Shown here piece by piece: positions 31,106 to 41,347 of a stretch of DNA of 64,000 bases (within the stretch, counting starts at the first letter, position 1; each line of letters starts with the position of its first letter). The DNA lies in the NCBI GenBank assembly GCA_000002445.1, contig CH464491.1:2656001-2720000 (forward strand). The letters are read 5' to 3'. The DNA is from Trypanosoma brucei (taxonomy: Eukaryota). The position numbers and the translations under genes are program-made. The notes below the pieces were generated by a model. It was not told the DNA's origin, ran no database searches, and worked only from the letters and a program-made list of their open reading frames with translations.

Positions 31106-32530
31106 ATGTGTGACGAGTTCTTTGGAGACTTGTTAGAAGAAGAGTTGGAAAATTTGGGAAAAGCTGCATTTGTCGTTGGTGTTTCCGGTTTTCTTTTGAA
31201 GCAAGCGATAGGGGCGCGTAGTTTTCTTCGTGGGGACCCCGTGCAAAACAGCATTGTTGCGCACCTTCCCCAGGGATATGACCGGAGCATCATTGCCGCT
31301 CGAGTCAGCCAACCGCTCACAAAAAGCCTAATGATCGACGCACTGGCTATTGGCGCAATAAAAGAACGGTTACGGCGTGCCACTACTCCAGGTGATAAGG
31401 TGGCTATCTTCTCTGAACTCTTTAACACAACACTCGCGGGGATTCTTAGTGCCGCCTACATTCACAGTTTGACTATCACACTTCATGTGATGAGGCACAC
31501 AATGTCTCTCTTGGTATTCGTTCTTGGAAAGCAGGAAGCAAGCAGCGGTACGCGCCGCGCTAATACTTCCTTGCTCTCCAAATTTCGTAGTTGGTGGCAT
31601 CAGGGCACACAGAATTTCATGTTGCAGACACTCTTGGAAAACATGACTCAGCAAATGGAAGCTTCACCCTTCTCGCTCATGATGGATGATGATAATATGA
31701 AGACTGAGGATGTGAAGCAGGGATTTTGTGTAGACGCGCTTCTGCGGCTCGCTGTTCCTCGGGTTGTGGATACTGCACTCCATGTAGTGAATACCACGTT
31801 GGAGGGCAGAGATTCACAACTTTTTAACCTGACGGGAAGCGTGACCGAGGGCGAGATGCGTGATCTACTGCAAACATTGTGCGCAAAATTTGTTTCACGT
31901 GCCACACTCTCGGATTGGCTCACACCACCTTCTGAGGAATTAAAAGACTCGGATGGTGGCGTCTTAAACACCTCACCTCCTCCACAAGGTATGGGGGACG
32001 GAGAGTCTGGTGGTGAAAGTCCGGGTGGAAGGGACAAGGCAATGAGCAATGGGGATTCTTTAATGTCTAATGACGAGCAAAGCGAAGATCGGTTGGGACT
32101 TGGTGGTGGTGGTGGTGGTGGCATGCCACTCCAAGGGGTGTTCCCACCGCTTAGCGCCAATTTTTTTCCTATGGCTAATGGAGCCGCCCACGCTGAGGAA
32201 ATGCACACTGCTCACAGGAACCGGCTGATACATGAGAAACTGAGGCGAGAGCGGGCGGCTGGGTTCTTCCGCGAAATTGTTCACAGTGTATCACTCAGCG
32301 AATTATGTATTGCGTACACTGAAGAGTTGCTGGGGGCCGCAGTCGCGGTTACCACGGACTTTTCTTCCCTTCGACCAGAGGGAGATTCGACCGTCGCTGT
32401 ACGTGTGCCTCAAATGCTACCGTTGCTAGAGAAGCAGCGGCTGGATATGTTTGATTGTGACTTCCAAGTGCAGCCGTACGTGCGACTGCTGTGTGAGGAG
32501 ACGATTAGAGTTACATGCCGCGATTTATAA
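31106..32530 (+). CDS. Hypothetical protein (474 aa) with N-proximal hydrophobic segment, acidic/Ser-rich middle and a poly-Gly run. Tentatively the divergent kinetoplastid peroxin PEX3. This rests on position and memory only.
   Basis: ORF with hydrophobic AAFVVGVSGFLLKQAIGA near the N-terminus. A (GGT)8 tract encodes GGGGGGG. From memory, the divergent trypanosomatid PEX3 (about 52 kDa) lies near TERT/CDC73/HslV on chromosome 11. I cannot verify this here. Confidence 0.3.
   Translation: MCDEFFGDLLEEELENLGKAAFVVGVSGFLLKQAIGARSFLRGDPVQNSIVAHLPQGYDRSIIAARVSQPLTKSLMIDALAIGAIKERLRRATTPGDKVAIFSELFNTTLAGILSAAYIHSLTITLHVMRHTMSLLVFVLGKQEASSGTRRANTSLLSKFRSWWHQGTQNFMLQTLLENMTQQMEASPFSLMMDDDNMKTEDVKQGFCVDALLRLAVPRVVDTALHVVNTTLEGRDSQLFNLTGSVTEGEMRDLLQTLCAKFVSRATLSDWLTPPSEELKDSDGGVLNTSPPPQGMGDGESGGESPGGRDKAMSNGDSLMSNDEQSEDRLGLGGGGGGGMPLQGVFPPLSANFFPMANGAAHAEEMHTAHRNRLIHEKLRRERAAGFFREIVHSVSLSELCIAYTEELLGAAVAVTTDFSSLRPEGDSTVAVRVPQMLPLLEKQRLDMFDCDFQVQPYVRLLCEETIRVTCRDL
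32099..32122 (+). repeat. (GGT)8 trinucleotide repeat inside the 31106..32530 CDS, encoding poly-Gly
   Basis: cttggtggtggtggtggtggtggtggc, translated LGGGGGGGM. Confidence 0.9.
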
Positions 32531-33063
32531 GGCATCTCATGGTGAGTAGGCACCTCGTTTCATTTTGTGCTCTCTCCCTTGTACGTCATATTGACGTCAG
32601 ACACAGGAAGAGATACGCGCTGCATGGAACTGAGTAGCGGGTGAGGGAGGCACCCACGTCCATCATCTCAATTTTGGCGCGCATTGTTTGGGTGGTTGGC
32701 ATAAAGAGGTGTGTTGGAGAGTGAGTGTGTGTGAATGTGGGTGCGCGTGTGTGTCGAGGGGCATCAGACAGAAGAAAGGTAACATATTCTGTTACACGCG
32801 TGGTGCGGTTTGTTGATATCCCTTCCTTCATTTCCTAAATGTTTGTTTAACATTAGTGAAGGAGGAAAATAAAGTCTCATTTCGCTTCGTCGCCGATGCG
32901 GCCACACACACACTTTGTTACGATGAAAGTCACTGACCACACGCCTTCCCTTCGCGTGACCACAGCCCCGACTTCTGCGGTGCTGTTCGGCCAATGAAAC
33001 CCAGCGGTTCTTTACCTGCCCTATCATTTCCCCAATCCCCACTTTCTGAAAGAAGTGTAGTTC

Positions 33064-33861
33064 ATGGATAGCAAACAACGAATATGGGATTCGCTGCGCA
33101 ACGATGCCAGACAGGCCGACAATCTCATTGAGCGGAAATTAGCCGCCTTGGAGGATATTGCCCGGCGTGTTGATGATGAGACGAGCGGTGTTTCGTTTGG
33201 AGCTAAAGGCACGGCTCCTACGACAGGTTTCAACCAGTATAACAACCCCTCATCATCTAGCAGCACTACATTCGGCAATACCGCTGTTGTACACTTCCCT
33301 TCAGAATCTCACGTGAGGAGCGTCCAGCGTGAGTTTGAGCACAGTCAGTCGGAGGTGGAGGTTGTGCTGCAGCGGTTTGAGACACTGCTGGAAACTATGG
33401 CGGAAACTGCGCGTGAGCTCCCACTGGAGTCAGCCGCCATGACTCACATGGAGCGGTTTCAACAGCTAGCGGTTGAGAAGCGCCGGACCCTTTTCCGCGT
33501 CGCCGCCGACTTCAAGCGCCGTTGTGAACGCGTTGAGCTGCTTCCGAATATAAGTCGCGAGCTTGATGTTCACCGTGAGGACGTAGGTACGCAGTTACTG
33601 CTCAAGGAACAGGAGTCGCTGCGCCACACACAGCGGATGCTTAACAACATCATCGATCGAGGAGAGCAGGCCCATCTGCAACTCCGTGAGCAGCGGGACA
33701 CTTTCTCTAGCGTTAGCGATAGATTGCTGGAGATCACGCAGCGTGTCCCGTTTGTCAAAAATGTGCTGAATAGGATCGATAGTAGGCGACGCAGGGAGGC
33801 CGTTATTGTTGGTGCATTGATTGGTTTGTGCATGACAATTTTCGTGTTGTTTTTATTCTAA
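33064..33861 (+). CDS. Golgi Qb-SNARE GS28/Gos1 (GOSR1)-like tail-anchored protein
   Basis: The C-terminus ..RDTFSSVSDRLLEITQRVPFVKNVLNRIDSRRRREAVIVGALIGLCMTIFVLFLF* has a SNARE heptad motif plus the P.VK.l...I..RkRRd.lILG.viGiC tail-anchor pattern characteristic of GS28. The N-terminal part is coiled coil. Confidence 0.55.
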   Translation: MDSKQRIWDSLRNDARQADNLIERKLAALEDIARRVDDETSGVSFGAKGTAPTTGFNQYNNPSSSSSTTFGNTAVVHFPSESHVRSVQREFEHSQSEVEVVLQRFETLLETMAETARELPLESAAMTHMERFQQLAVEKRRTLFRVAADFKRRCERVELLPNISRELDVHREDVGTQLLLKEQESLRHTQRMLNNIIDRGEQAHLQLREQRDTFSSVSDRLLEITQRVPFVKNVLNRIDSRRRREAVIVGALIGLCMTIFVLFLF

Positions 33862-34023
33862 ATGCTCTCCTTTTACCACCTTTCTACTTTCTCCTCCGTG
33901 TTTTTATTTTGATACTCTATGAGATGACTATGTTGGGCAAGTTGGGGACACCAGTGGTTGTGTTTTGATTGGGATGTGTCTTCTTACCGTTCCTATGGGC
34001 CACATGTTGAAAGCGCGCCGTGA

Positions 34024-34043
34024 ATGTGTGTGTGTGTGTGTGT
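34024..34043. repeat. (GT)n microsatellite. Related (CT)5(GT)9 at 50683-50712 and (GTT)n at 28465-28480 and 59118-59135.
   Basis: Direct reading (gtgtgtgtgtgtgtgtgtgg). Confidence 0.85.
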
Positions 34044-35316
34044 GGTGACCGTTTCGGTTGTCGATTTCTTTTGTATTGCTTTTTTATGCGGTAGGAGGGC
34101 TAATAAGTCTCGTTTGTTGTGTACATGTGCGCCTGAAATAGGAACGAGCGCATACCTGGCCAACCTCATTGAGATATATTGATCAAATTCCTTACTTCCT
34201 TCTTCGTTTACATGTTCGTGCGTCTGTGTGTAGGGGGAGAGTAACACAACGAACAAATGATAGCAAGTCGGTGTCCCTGTCGGGCTAATGTCCCTCTTTG
34301 TGTATCATCATCCCGCAGTACCCTTTTATTGTTATTGTTATAATTTTTTTGTTGTCGCACCCCTCCTTCACAACGAACCGCTGAGCGTTAACTTATTCTT
34401 TTCTTCACCGCGTTTCTCCTATATTTCCCACACGTCACCTCCGCGTAGGTTGTATATTTATACATCCGTTTTCCTCTTTGCTGTTGAACAACAACAGCAA
34501 CCACCTGCGTGTTTTTGCCATTTTTGTAAGGTGAACTCATCGTTGGTGCCTCTCTTACCTCTTATTTTGTACTTTCCCGCATCAGAAGTAACAGAAGTAA
34601 ATTCGAGCGCGGCTGATCGGTAAAGGGCAGCGAAGAAAGATAAGAGGGAGGAGGGGAAAGAGGAGAAAACAAAAACTAGGTCATAGACCGAATTAATACC
34701 ACTAGTTAAAGACTTTAAAGGGGTAAAAGAGAAAAAGAAAGGAAAAAAAAACAGTAGAAAAGCCAAGGCAAAGGAAGAATATTTAATAAAAGAGCGCAAA
34801 AGCACAAAAAGTGGGGGTGAAACAGCGAGAAAGGAAATAAAAGGCGGTCCCTTAATTGTACAAAGTGGCCGCTCTAGGTGGTACAGACACGAATAAGTAA
34901 TACACATATACATATATATATATATATATTCTTACGTGTATTCGTGTATATAGCACTTGTAAGGTTCATTGCAAAGGTTAGGTGAAGCTTCAAGAAGAAA
35001 GCAACAAGGGGGAAAAGAGAGTAACAAAGAGGTTGAGAGAGGAAGAAAGGACACAAGGAGGGTTTTGACGGAAGAAAGAAGTCAAAGCAATACAGATATA
35101 TAAGGAGAAGGAAGGAGCCGTATAATCCACGTACACAAACTCATACACACAGCGTATAGTGAGAAAAAGCAATTTCTCGGAGAAAGGAAGCACGACTGGA
35201 AACGGGACCGAGTGCACAGGTGTACGTTTAGGTTGGGAGGGTGAAAGGAGACAAGTGGCTAGCATTTCATCAACGGTGCTTAGCGTAACCAGTTACGCAT
35301 TGTCAACAGTGGATTA

Positions 35317-38300
35317 ATGACCTCTCGCATTGAGAAGAGTGTTCGTGGTAAAGGAGCGGTGAAACTACGAGGGTTCCTGAAATCGAAGGAACAACTTTTT
35401 GCTACCAAACTGAGTAGCCCCCGCGTCGAATGCAGGGCAGGAAATGAGGAAAAGGGCGCTATGGGAGAAAAAGATGTGACTGGTGGGAGGCACGTGCACG
35501 GTGTTGTTGCGCCTCATCGCACTCTCGATACTGGCACCGCGTCCGTCCCTCTCCCAGCTAACCTCCCACCCGATGGTAAGGGAAAGAAGCTGCTGAATCC
35601 TCTGCGGAAGAAGTTACTGAGAGACCTTTCTGCTGACGAGGGCGGCTCGTTGCAGCATCTGCCGGCGAAACCCACTGGGCACAAGGAACTGGGTGCAATA
35701 AGAATCGCTACTGCAGACGTGTTCCCCGCTGGTGAGGCGCCTCACCGTCCTGCTGCACTATCGTCAGCTGTGTTATCCTCGCCCATGCAGGGTTTGAAGA
35801 CAGCTGCAGGTAAGTTGAACCCACCGGTAGGTATAGGACGCAAGAAGCGCCAACAGAAGTTGCAAAAGGCACAACTCGCGTCTACCGTTCGAGTAGAACG
35901 ACTCAGGAGTGACGGCACTTCCAGATGCGGGAAGAAAGGTAGCGTCAAGGTTCCCTCCGAGTGCTCCAGTCTTAATTCTAGCATCACATGTACAGTTAAC
36001 ACAAATGATTGCGCGGAACTGGACAGAGAGAGTGGTGTAGACGACATCGACGATCCAAACGATGACAACGCACAAGAACTATCTGCTAATGAGTTAGGTG
36101 ACGAGCTAGCGCCTTATGATGAGGTGGATGAAGAGGAGGCAGTGCAGCGGTACATGGGAAGCCACAGAGCCTCAACTTCGCCGAAAAAGACGGAGGACAG
36201 CGTCTCACTCAATCGGTGCCTCAGCGATCCATCGCTGTCAAACACATTGTGTGACGCACGTGCTGCACCGCTGGATCGTCCCAACAGCGCAATCGGAAGT
36301 TGTGCTGCTCCAGAAGATTTGCAACGGTCACTCGATGAAAAAATGGAAGAAAGTTCCCGGCGGCCATCCACTGCCGGTCAGCTGGGGGAGGGCACCAGTA
36401 GTTTCGGCACGCAAAAGGCTTCAGAACTCTTCAATGACAGCCTTTGCCGCTCCCTGAGTTTGTATGACGCGTTTTTCCTCAATGAAGACGGGACTACTTG
36501 GCTTGTTGATGACCGTGTTCTCGCTAGATGCCTAAATTATATCGGGCTTATGGATTACGAGCACGAGCTCCACGGACTGCGGCGCACTACAGGGAACAAC
36601 TTGAGTGCTTCTGCATGGGCGCAGCTTTCGTCCCCTGTGAAACGCAATGTGATGCCATCGTCTGTGGCATCTGCGGCGCCGCCGCTTCGGTGCACTACTT
36701 CTCCCAACTTTGTGAACAGTAGCAATTCTTTTTCGGTGGGGCAGAGTAAGCTGTGCAAAGCTCCAGAGTCGCGAGGAGGCCGTCCTGATTTTCCTACCCT
36801 CTTCCTTGACATCGACGAGACAATGAGATGGCTCTCTGGACAGGAATATGTCATAGGAACCATCCTAGCATGTTGTACGCGCGACAGCGATGCCTCTGAA
36901 GACGGGAATGTTCAGCCGTACTTGTCCCCTGCAGTTCATCCCATAAAGCAAATTGCCACAATTGTACGGGAATGTTACCCCCATTGGGGTAGCACAGTCC
37001 GTTTTGCGGACGCATGGGAGAAGCAGGTTGTCCTTGTTCTTGGTACATCCTCACCATCGCATCAGTTACTGTTCCCGTTTCCGGAGGAGGGCATATTCTT
37101 CTCGTCCGACATGGAGGGTGGAAATATTGCTCGCGTGGAACGTATGCCCGAGTCAACACTACTGCATCTACAGCAATATCCACAGCAGCCGAATGGGATC
37201 GGCTTTTCATTGTGGATGGAACCTGAACCCGGATGCGGGCAAAGGTTGTGGTTTCGTTTTGCTTTCGCCGGCGTCAAACCTCATACGTCGGTGACTTTGC
37301 GATTAGTTAACATTCAACCCACCACAAAACTATATGGTCGGAATGGCATGCGACCTGTGTGGAGGGCAGGGAATTGCCTCCGGCAGTGGGTGCCAGTAGC
37401 GCAGTGCTCATATCGCACAACAAATGACGAGGCTGATGGGGAACTGACGTTTGTCATAACACCCCGTACAAATGATGTCATTCATGTGGCGTTCTGCGTT
37501 CCCTACACATATGCTGATTTACTCTGCCACATTACCCACTGGCATAACTTGGTTAAAAATAGTACGTGCGATATTTGGTTTGAAGAGCGTGTGTTGTGTT
37601 ACACGCAGGATGGTCGCAAACTGCACATGCTTATCATAACGAGTTCCTCTACGAAAACTAATCAGCGGCACCGGAGCAAGCGGAAAGTGGAAGGCAGCAA
37701 CAGCGCCAATAATGGAGCTTGCGGCCCTACAGCCTGCAATGCCAACTCCAATGGCGGTGGCGGTAACCCGTCTCGTAAGCCCATTGTTGGACCATACTCT
37801 CAGTTCGAGAAGGGTAAGAAGGTCGTGCTGGTGAGTGGCCGCGTGCATCCCGGGGAAACAACAGCATCCCATGGTGTTCATGGCGCAATTTCCTTCCTTC
37901 TTTCCCGCGACCCACTAGCGGCAAAGCTACGGGACAATTTTATCTTTTATATTGTACCTATGTTAAACCCCGACGGTGTCTCCAGGGGTCACACTCGGCT
38001 TGACCAGAACGGATTTAACCTTAATCGCTGTTATAACAGGCCGATTCCTCAGACACAACCCACTGTGAGCGCCCTCCGCAAGGTGTTCGACCATCTGCGC
38101 CAAGTGTTTGACGACCGCTTCTTCATGTATTTGGACTTTCATTCGCACGTTTCGCAGTCTAGCTGTTTCGCCTTCGGTAATTGCCTCCCGGCGACGGTGC
38201 AGCACTGGAATATGCTCTTTCCAAAGATCATCAGTTTACACGCGAAGGAGCTCTTTGGGTACTCGATCTGCCGATTCGGACGCGGCCACATGTTGAGTAA

Positions 38301-38895
38301 GGAGGGAAGTTCGCGCGTGCTTTTTGGCGCCGGCCTCATCCACTCCTACACCATTGAACTCACGTATTTCACAAACAACCGGCTGTACATTGACGGTCTG
38401 TTGGCTGGCGGCACGTCCAACATTATGGATGGAGAATCGTGGGAGGACCGATACACCCATACACAGATCGTGCCGCAGCGCAGCCCCGTCGCCCACAACG
38501 CCAGCACTGTTACACCCCTTAATGAACAGGGTACGGCAGTTGGAGCCGTCAAAAGTAGCAAGTGCGTCCGTAGCAACTCACAACAGAAGAGGCTAAAGAA
38601 GCGTGATGTCACCAAGATCCCCAGTGACTGTGGTAATGGCAAACCAGAACTGTTGAGGCAGATTAGGGTACCGTGCATTCTGGCGCAAAGCGCTGAAGTC
38701 GGTCGTTCGTGCATGCTTTCTTTGCTCGACTACTGCTCTGTCGATAACTACATATCACCACAGTTTGCAGCGTATGGAGGGATGGAGCGAATGCTGCGGG
38801 ATGTCAAACGCCACATGGGTTCACCGACCGCCGCGAAGCCGGGGTCATGCAGACTGCAGTTCATTTACAAGCAACAGCAACAACTGCAGCAATAA
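35317..38895 (+). CDS. Cytosolic carboxypeptidase (M14 family, CCP/Nna1-like; candidate tubulin deglutamylase) with roughly 800-aa N-terminal extension
   Basis: VLVSGRVHPGETTASHGVHGAISFLLSRDPLAAKLRDNFIFYIVPMLNPDGV closely matches the CCP catalytic core (V.lSARVHPGEtnaSw...G...yL.s..p.A..LRe..iFkIvPMLNPDGV). It includes the Zn-ligand HxxE and the downstream DFHSH. Confidence 0.8.
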   Translation: MTSRIEKSVRGKGAVKLRGFLKSKEQLFATKLSSPRVECRAGNEEKGAMGEKDVTGGRHVHGVVAPHRTLDTGTASVPLPANLPPDGKGKKLLNPLRKKLLRDLSADEGGSLQHLPAKPTGHKELGAIRIATADVFPAGEAPHRPAALSSAVLSSPMQGLKTAAGKLNPPVGIGRKKRQQKLQKAQLASTVRVERLRSDGTSRCGKKGSVKVPSECSSLNSSITCTVNTNDCAELDRESGVDDIDDPNDDNAQELSANELGDELAPYDEVDEEEAVQRYMGSHRASTSPKKTEDSVSLNRCLSDPSLSNTLCDARAAPLDRPNSAIGSCAAPEDLQRSLDEKMEESSRRPSTAGQLGEGTSSFGTQKASELFNDSLCRSLSLYDAFFLNEDGTTWLVDDRVLARCLNYIGLMDYEHELHGLRRTTGNNLSASAWAQLSSPVKRNVMPSSVASAAPPLRCTTSPNFVNSSNSFSVGQSKLCKAPESRGGRPDFPTLFLDIDETMRWLSGQEYVIGTILACCTRDSDASEDGNVQPYLSPAVHPIKQIATIVRECYPHWGSTVRFADAWEKQVVLVLGTSSPSHQLLFPFPEEGIFFSSDMEGGNIARVERMPESTLLHLQQYPQQPNGIGFSLWMEPEPGCGQRLWFRFAFAGVKPHTSVTLRLVNIQPTTKLYGRNGMRPVWRAGNCLRQWVPVAQCSYRTTNDEADGELTFVITPRTNDVIHVAFCVPYTYADLLCHITHWHNLVKNSTCDIWFEERVLCYTQDGRKLHMLIITSSSTKTNQRHRSKRKVEGSNSANNGACGPTACNANSNGGGGNPSRKPIVGPYSQFEKGKKVVLVSGRVHPGETTASHGVHGAISFLLSRDPLAAKLRDNFIFYIVPMLNPDGVSRGHTRLDQNGFNLNRCYNRPIPQTQPTVSALRKVFDHLRQVFDDRFFMYLDFHSHVSQSSCFAFGNCLPATVQHWNMLFPKIISLHAKELFGYSICRFGRGHMLSKEGSSRVLFGAGLIHSYTIELTYFTNNRLYIDGLLAGGTSNIMDGESWEDRYTHTQIVPQRSPVAHNASTVTPLNEQGTAVGAVKSSKCVRSNSQQKRLKKRDVTKIPSDCGNGKPELLRQIRVPCILAQSAEVGRSCMLSLLDYCSVDNYISPQFAAYGGMERMLRDVKRHMGSPTAAKPGSCRLQFIYKQQQQLQQ

Positions 38896-39299
38896 GAATA
38901 GTGCAACGAGAAGTGTGGATAGGGGGAAGGGAAAGATAGCGGGTGTGGGAGACGATAGGAACGGAAAGACTGTGCTCGTAAAGAGAGTTGGAGAGAGATA
39001 TCGGTTTTGTTGCTACTGAGAGGGAGGAAAGGATGGTTGATTTACTTGTATATGGTCCATTGACACTGTTTCCTCCCATTCTTTTTTACCTTGTTTGTAT
39101 TATTTCCAAGTTTCACGCTGTTTCCCTCTAATTAAATTACATTCTTCTGCAGTTGTTGACATTCGTCCTTTTTAACAACGACAGATAATCGGGCGCCTGC
39201 CTGTTTATACCCTTCGACAGCGCCTTCTCTTCCCACCAAGCTGGTATTTAGTTTCATCTACTTGGCGTTGCGGTAGTTGGACCGCTTCACATGTACGCG

Positions 39300-39800
39300 T
39301 TCAAATGTATATTTATGAATATTTATAGTTTCCTCCCCCACCCGCCCTGCACTCCCCCTCATGTTGCCCATCTTCTTGGGGCGCGTCCACTCACATGTGG
39401 TTTCTGTATGCGTATATTGGTGGTGGTGTTTTACGGCAAGAGGGGATTCCTCTCTTCCCCTCCTCGTACACCCTTTCCCTTTTTTTTGTGTTTTCATCCG
39501 TTCGTCTATTCAAGTTCTTTCCTTTTTTGTCCTTTTTTTCTTTTTTGCTTCAACAGTTAACAACGACTTTTTTTCATTTTTCACCATCCTCTTTCTATCC
39601 ATCTCCTGTTATTCCATTTCTTTGTTCGTTCACGTCGGTGTGCTTCACTTTTTGTGTAATTTTCCTTTTCTTTGTTTTTGTGCTAGATTGTTCCTGCTTT
39701 TTTGTACCTACTCTATTGCACAGTAGCTTAATCACTTTTTTCTCGTTCTCTTTCCCTTTTATTTTCCACGTTTCTTTTTACCACATATCTGTTTCCGTTG
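39300..39800 (+). promoter_or_regulatory. Unusually long (about 500 bp) C/T-rich tract (intergenic processing signal region) upstream of the NASP-like gene
   Basis: Near-continuous pyrimidine runs (tttcctcccccacccgccctgcactccccctc ... ttttcatccgttcgtctattcaagttctttccttttttgtcctttttttcttttttgcttc ...). It produces several spurious Phe/Leu/Ser-rich ORFs in the track (39291..39560, 39361..39726, 39395..40024). Confidence 0.4.
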
Positions 39801-40096
39801 TTGCCGCGCCGCTGGGCAGCAAACAAAGTGGGGGAGATTACTTCTCTTGTTTATTTGTTGTGCGTGCGACTCCATACACGCTGCCGAAGGGTGAAAAAAC
39901 AGTGATTGTAGGCGTAGGACAGTGCGGACGGAAACGGAGAAAGGTTGAGACCCCCGAAGTGCGACGCAACAGCGATCGGTATATATATATATATATATTT
40001 GGAGGGGGAGAAGAGTTAAGGTAATTAGACAGTGGTACTCCCAACGGAAGTTGAGGGTGGGGGGGGACATTTCCCGCGCAAGAAAACAGAAGGTGT

Positions 40097-41347
40097 GTGT
40101 TTCGTGTTTTTATGAGCCACCCACAGCAGCAGCAGCGGGTGGCGGAGGCCGCGGTGAGGAATGACCAGGGAGAGCAGCAGTTGACGGGTGTAAAGCCCGG
40201 GGAGAAGCAAGCTTCGAGGCAAGCGGAGGGCACCGAGGCATCTTCCTCAGAGAGCAACTGCAGCAGTGAAAGCTCTGAGGAAATCGTTCCTTTTAATAGT
40301 GAAGAAGAGGCCGTAGCAATGCGTGCTGTTGGGCTAGAACTGTTCAACAAGCACAACTATGAGGAGGCCCTTGACGTTCAGTACCGTATTGTACGCTATT
40401 TTGAGAACAAATACGGTGCGACATACCCCGAATGTGGCATATACTTCCTTGACTACGGCCTCTCGCAGCTGCGCATGATACAGTCCGCCAGCAGTATGGA
40501 GGCAGCTCTTGACCCCCTTGATCACGACGCCCTCGAGGCGTGTTTTACAAACCTCGATGTGGCTCGTGTATGTTTTCAAAAACAGGAGCGGAGCCGCGGT
40601 GAGAATGATGTTGAGGTTCAGCTGCGTCTGGCCGAGGTCCACAACGCGATTGCACAGGTTCAGGTTGAACGTGAAGCATATGAAGAGGCTCTCAAGGAAT
40701 ATGAAAGTGAACTGTTCATTTACAGGTATCTTGAGCAGGAGATCCCTGCGTCTTTACCCTATGGACGACTTGCCGCAGTACTCTATGAGATAGCCGACTG
40801 TTATATGAAGGAAGGTGACTTTGAAGGTGCGGAGGAGCGGTTCATCAAGGCGATCGAAGAAATCGAGAAATTTCCCGAAGGCAAAGTTGATCCAAAACTC
40901 GTAGAGCAGATGCGGGAGCTTCTTGAAGATGCCCGGGAGATGAAGGATGGTCGCTTTAAGGAAATACAGGAGTTCATCCAAGAGCAGTTCGCAGTGAATG
41001 AAACGGAGCGGCTGCCCACAGCGCACGAGTTCTATGGTGACGTGGATGAACAGCAGCATCCCTTTGTCTCGCGGCTCCCTAATGATGGGGAGTGTTCCGC
41101 CCTGTCGATGCCGCAGTCTAACACGAACCCTGTGCAATGGAGTGAGCACAGCAACAGTATGTCACTTTCATTGTTTCCTTCGCAAGTAAATGGTCGTTCG
41201 TCGGAGGCATCTAATAGTCAACCCGTGCAACATGTAGTCGCAAGAAGGAAGCCTAAACCTCTACAGAAGCAGAAGGCGCTGGAAGTAGAGAGCAGCGGTA
41301 ACGTCAGTACGGGCTCCGATATGAAGCGCTTCAGGGCGGAATCATGA
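40097..41347 (+). CDS. NASP/SHNi-TPR family histone H3-H4 chaperone-like protein
   Basis: KYGATYPECGIYFLDYGLSQL matches NASP TPR1 (KYGEt..ECgeaFffYGksLL). LDVARVCFQK...LRLAEVHNAIAQVQVEREAYEEALKEYESEL matches (LevARviF.rq....l.LAEVhlkLGEVsvEsEnY..A.eeFq.CL). LAAVLYEIADCYMKEGDFEGAEERFIKAIEEIEK is an interrupted TPR. An acidic Ser-rich stretch precedes the TPRs. Confidence 0.5.
   Translation: MFRVFMSHPQQQQRVAEAAVRNDQGEQQLTGVKPGEKQASRQAEGTEASSSESNCSSESSEEIVPFNSEEEAVAMRAVGLELFNKHNYEEALDVQYRIVRYFENKYGATYPECGIYFLDYGLSQLRMIQSASSMEAALDPLDHDALEACFTNLDVARVCFQKQERSRGENDVEVQLRLAEVHNAIAQVQVEREAYEEALKEYESELFIYRYLEQEIPASLPYGRLAAVLYEIADCYMKEGDFEGAEERFIKAIEEIEKFPEGKVDPKLVEQMRELLEDAREMKDGRFKEIQEFIQEQFAVNETERLPTAHEFYGDVDEQQHPFVSRLPNDGECSALSMPQSNTNPVQWSEHSNSMSLSLFPSQVNGRSSEASNSQPVQHVVARRKPKPLQKQKALEVESSGNVSTGSDMKRFRAES

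Noticed and set aside
33064-33861. Considered calling the tail-anchored coiled-coil protein a generic syntaxin
   Set aside because: There is no Habc/syntaxin Qa signature. The C-terminal P.VK..L..I..RRRR..(I/V)(I/V)G..IG.C pattern fits the GS28/Gos1 Qb-SNARE family better, so I kept the more specific but moderate-confidence call.
39291-40024. Overlapping + strand ORFs 39291..39560, 39361..39726, 39395..40024
   Set aside because: They are translations of the roughly 500-bp C/T tract (poly-Phe/Leu/Ser) and represent intergenic processing signal, not coding.
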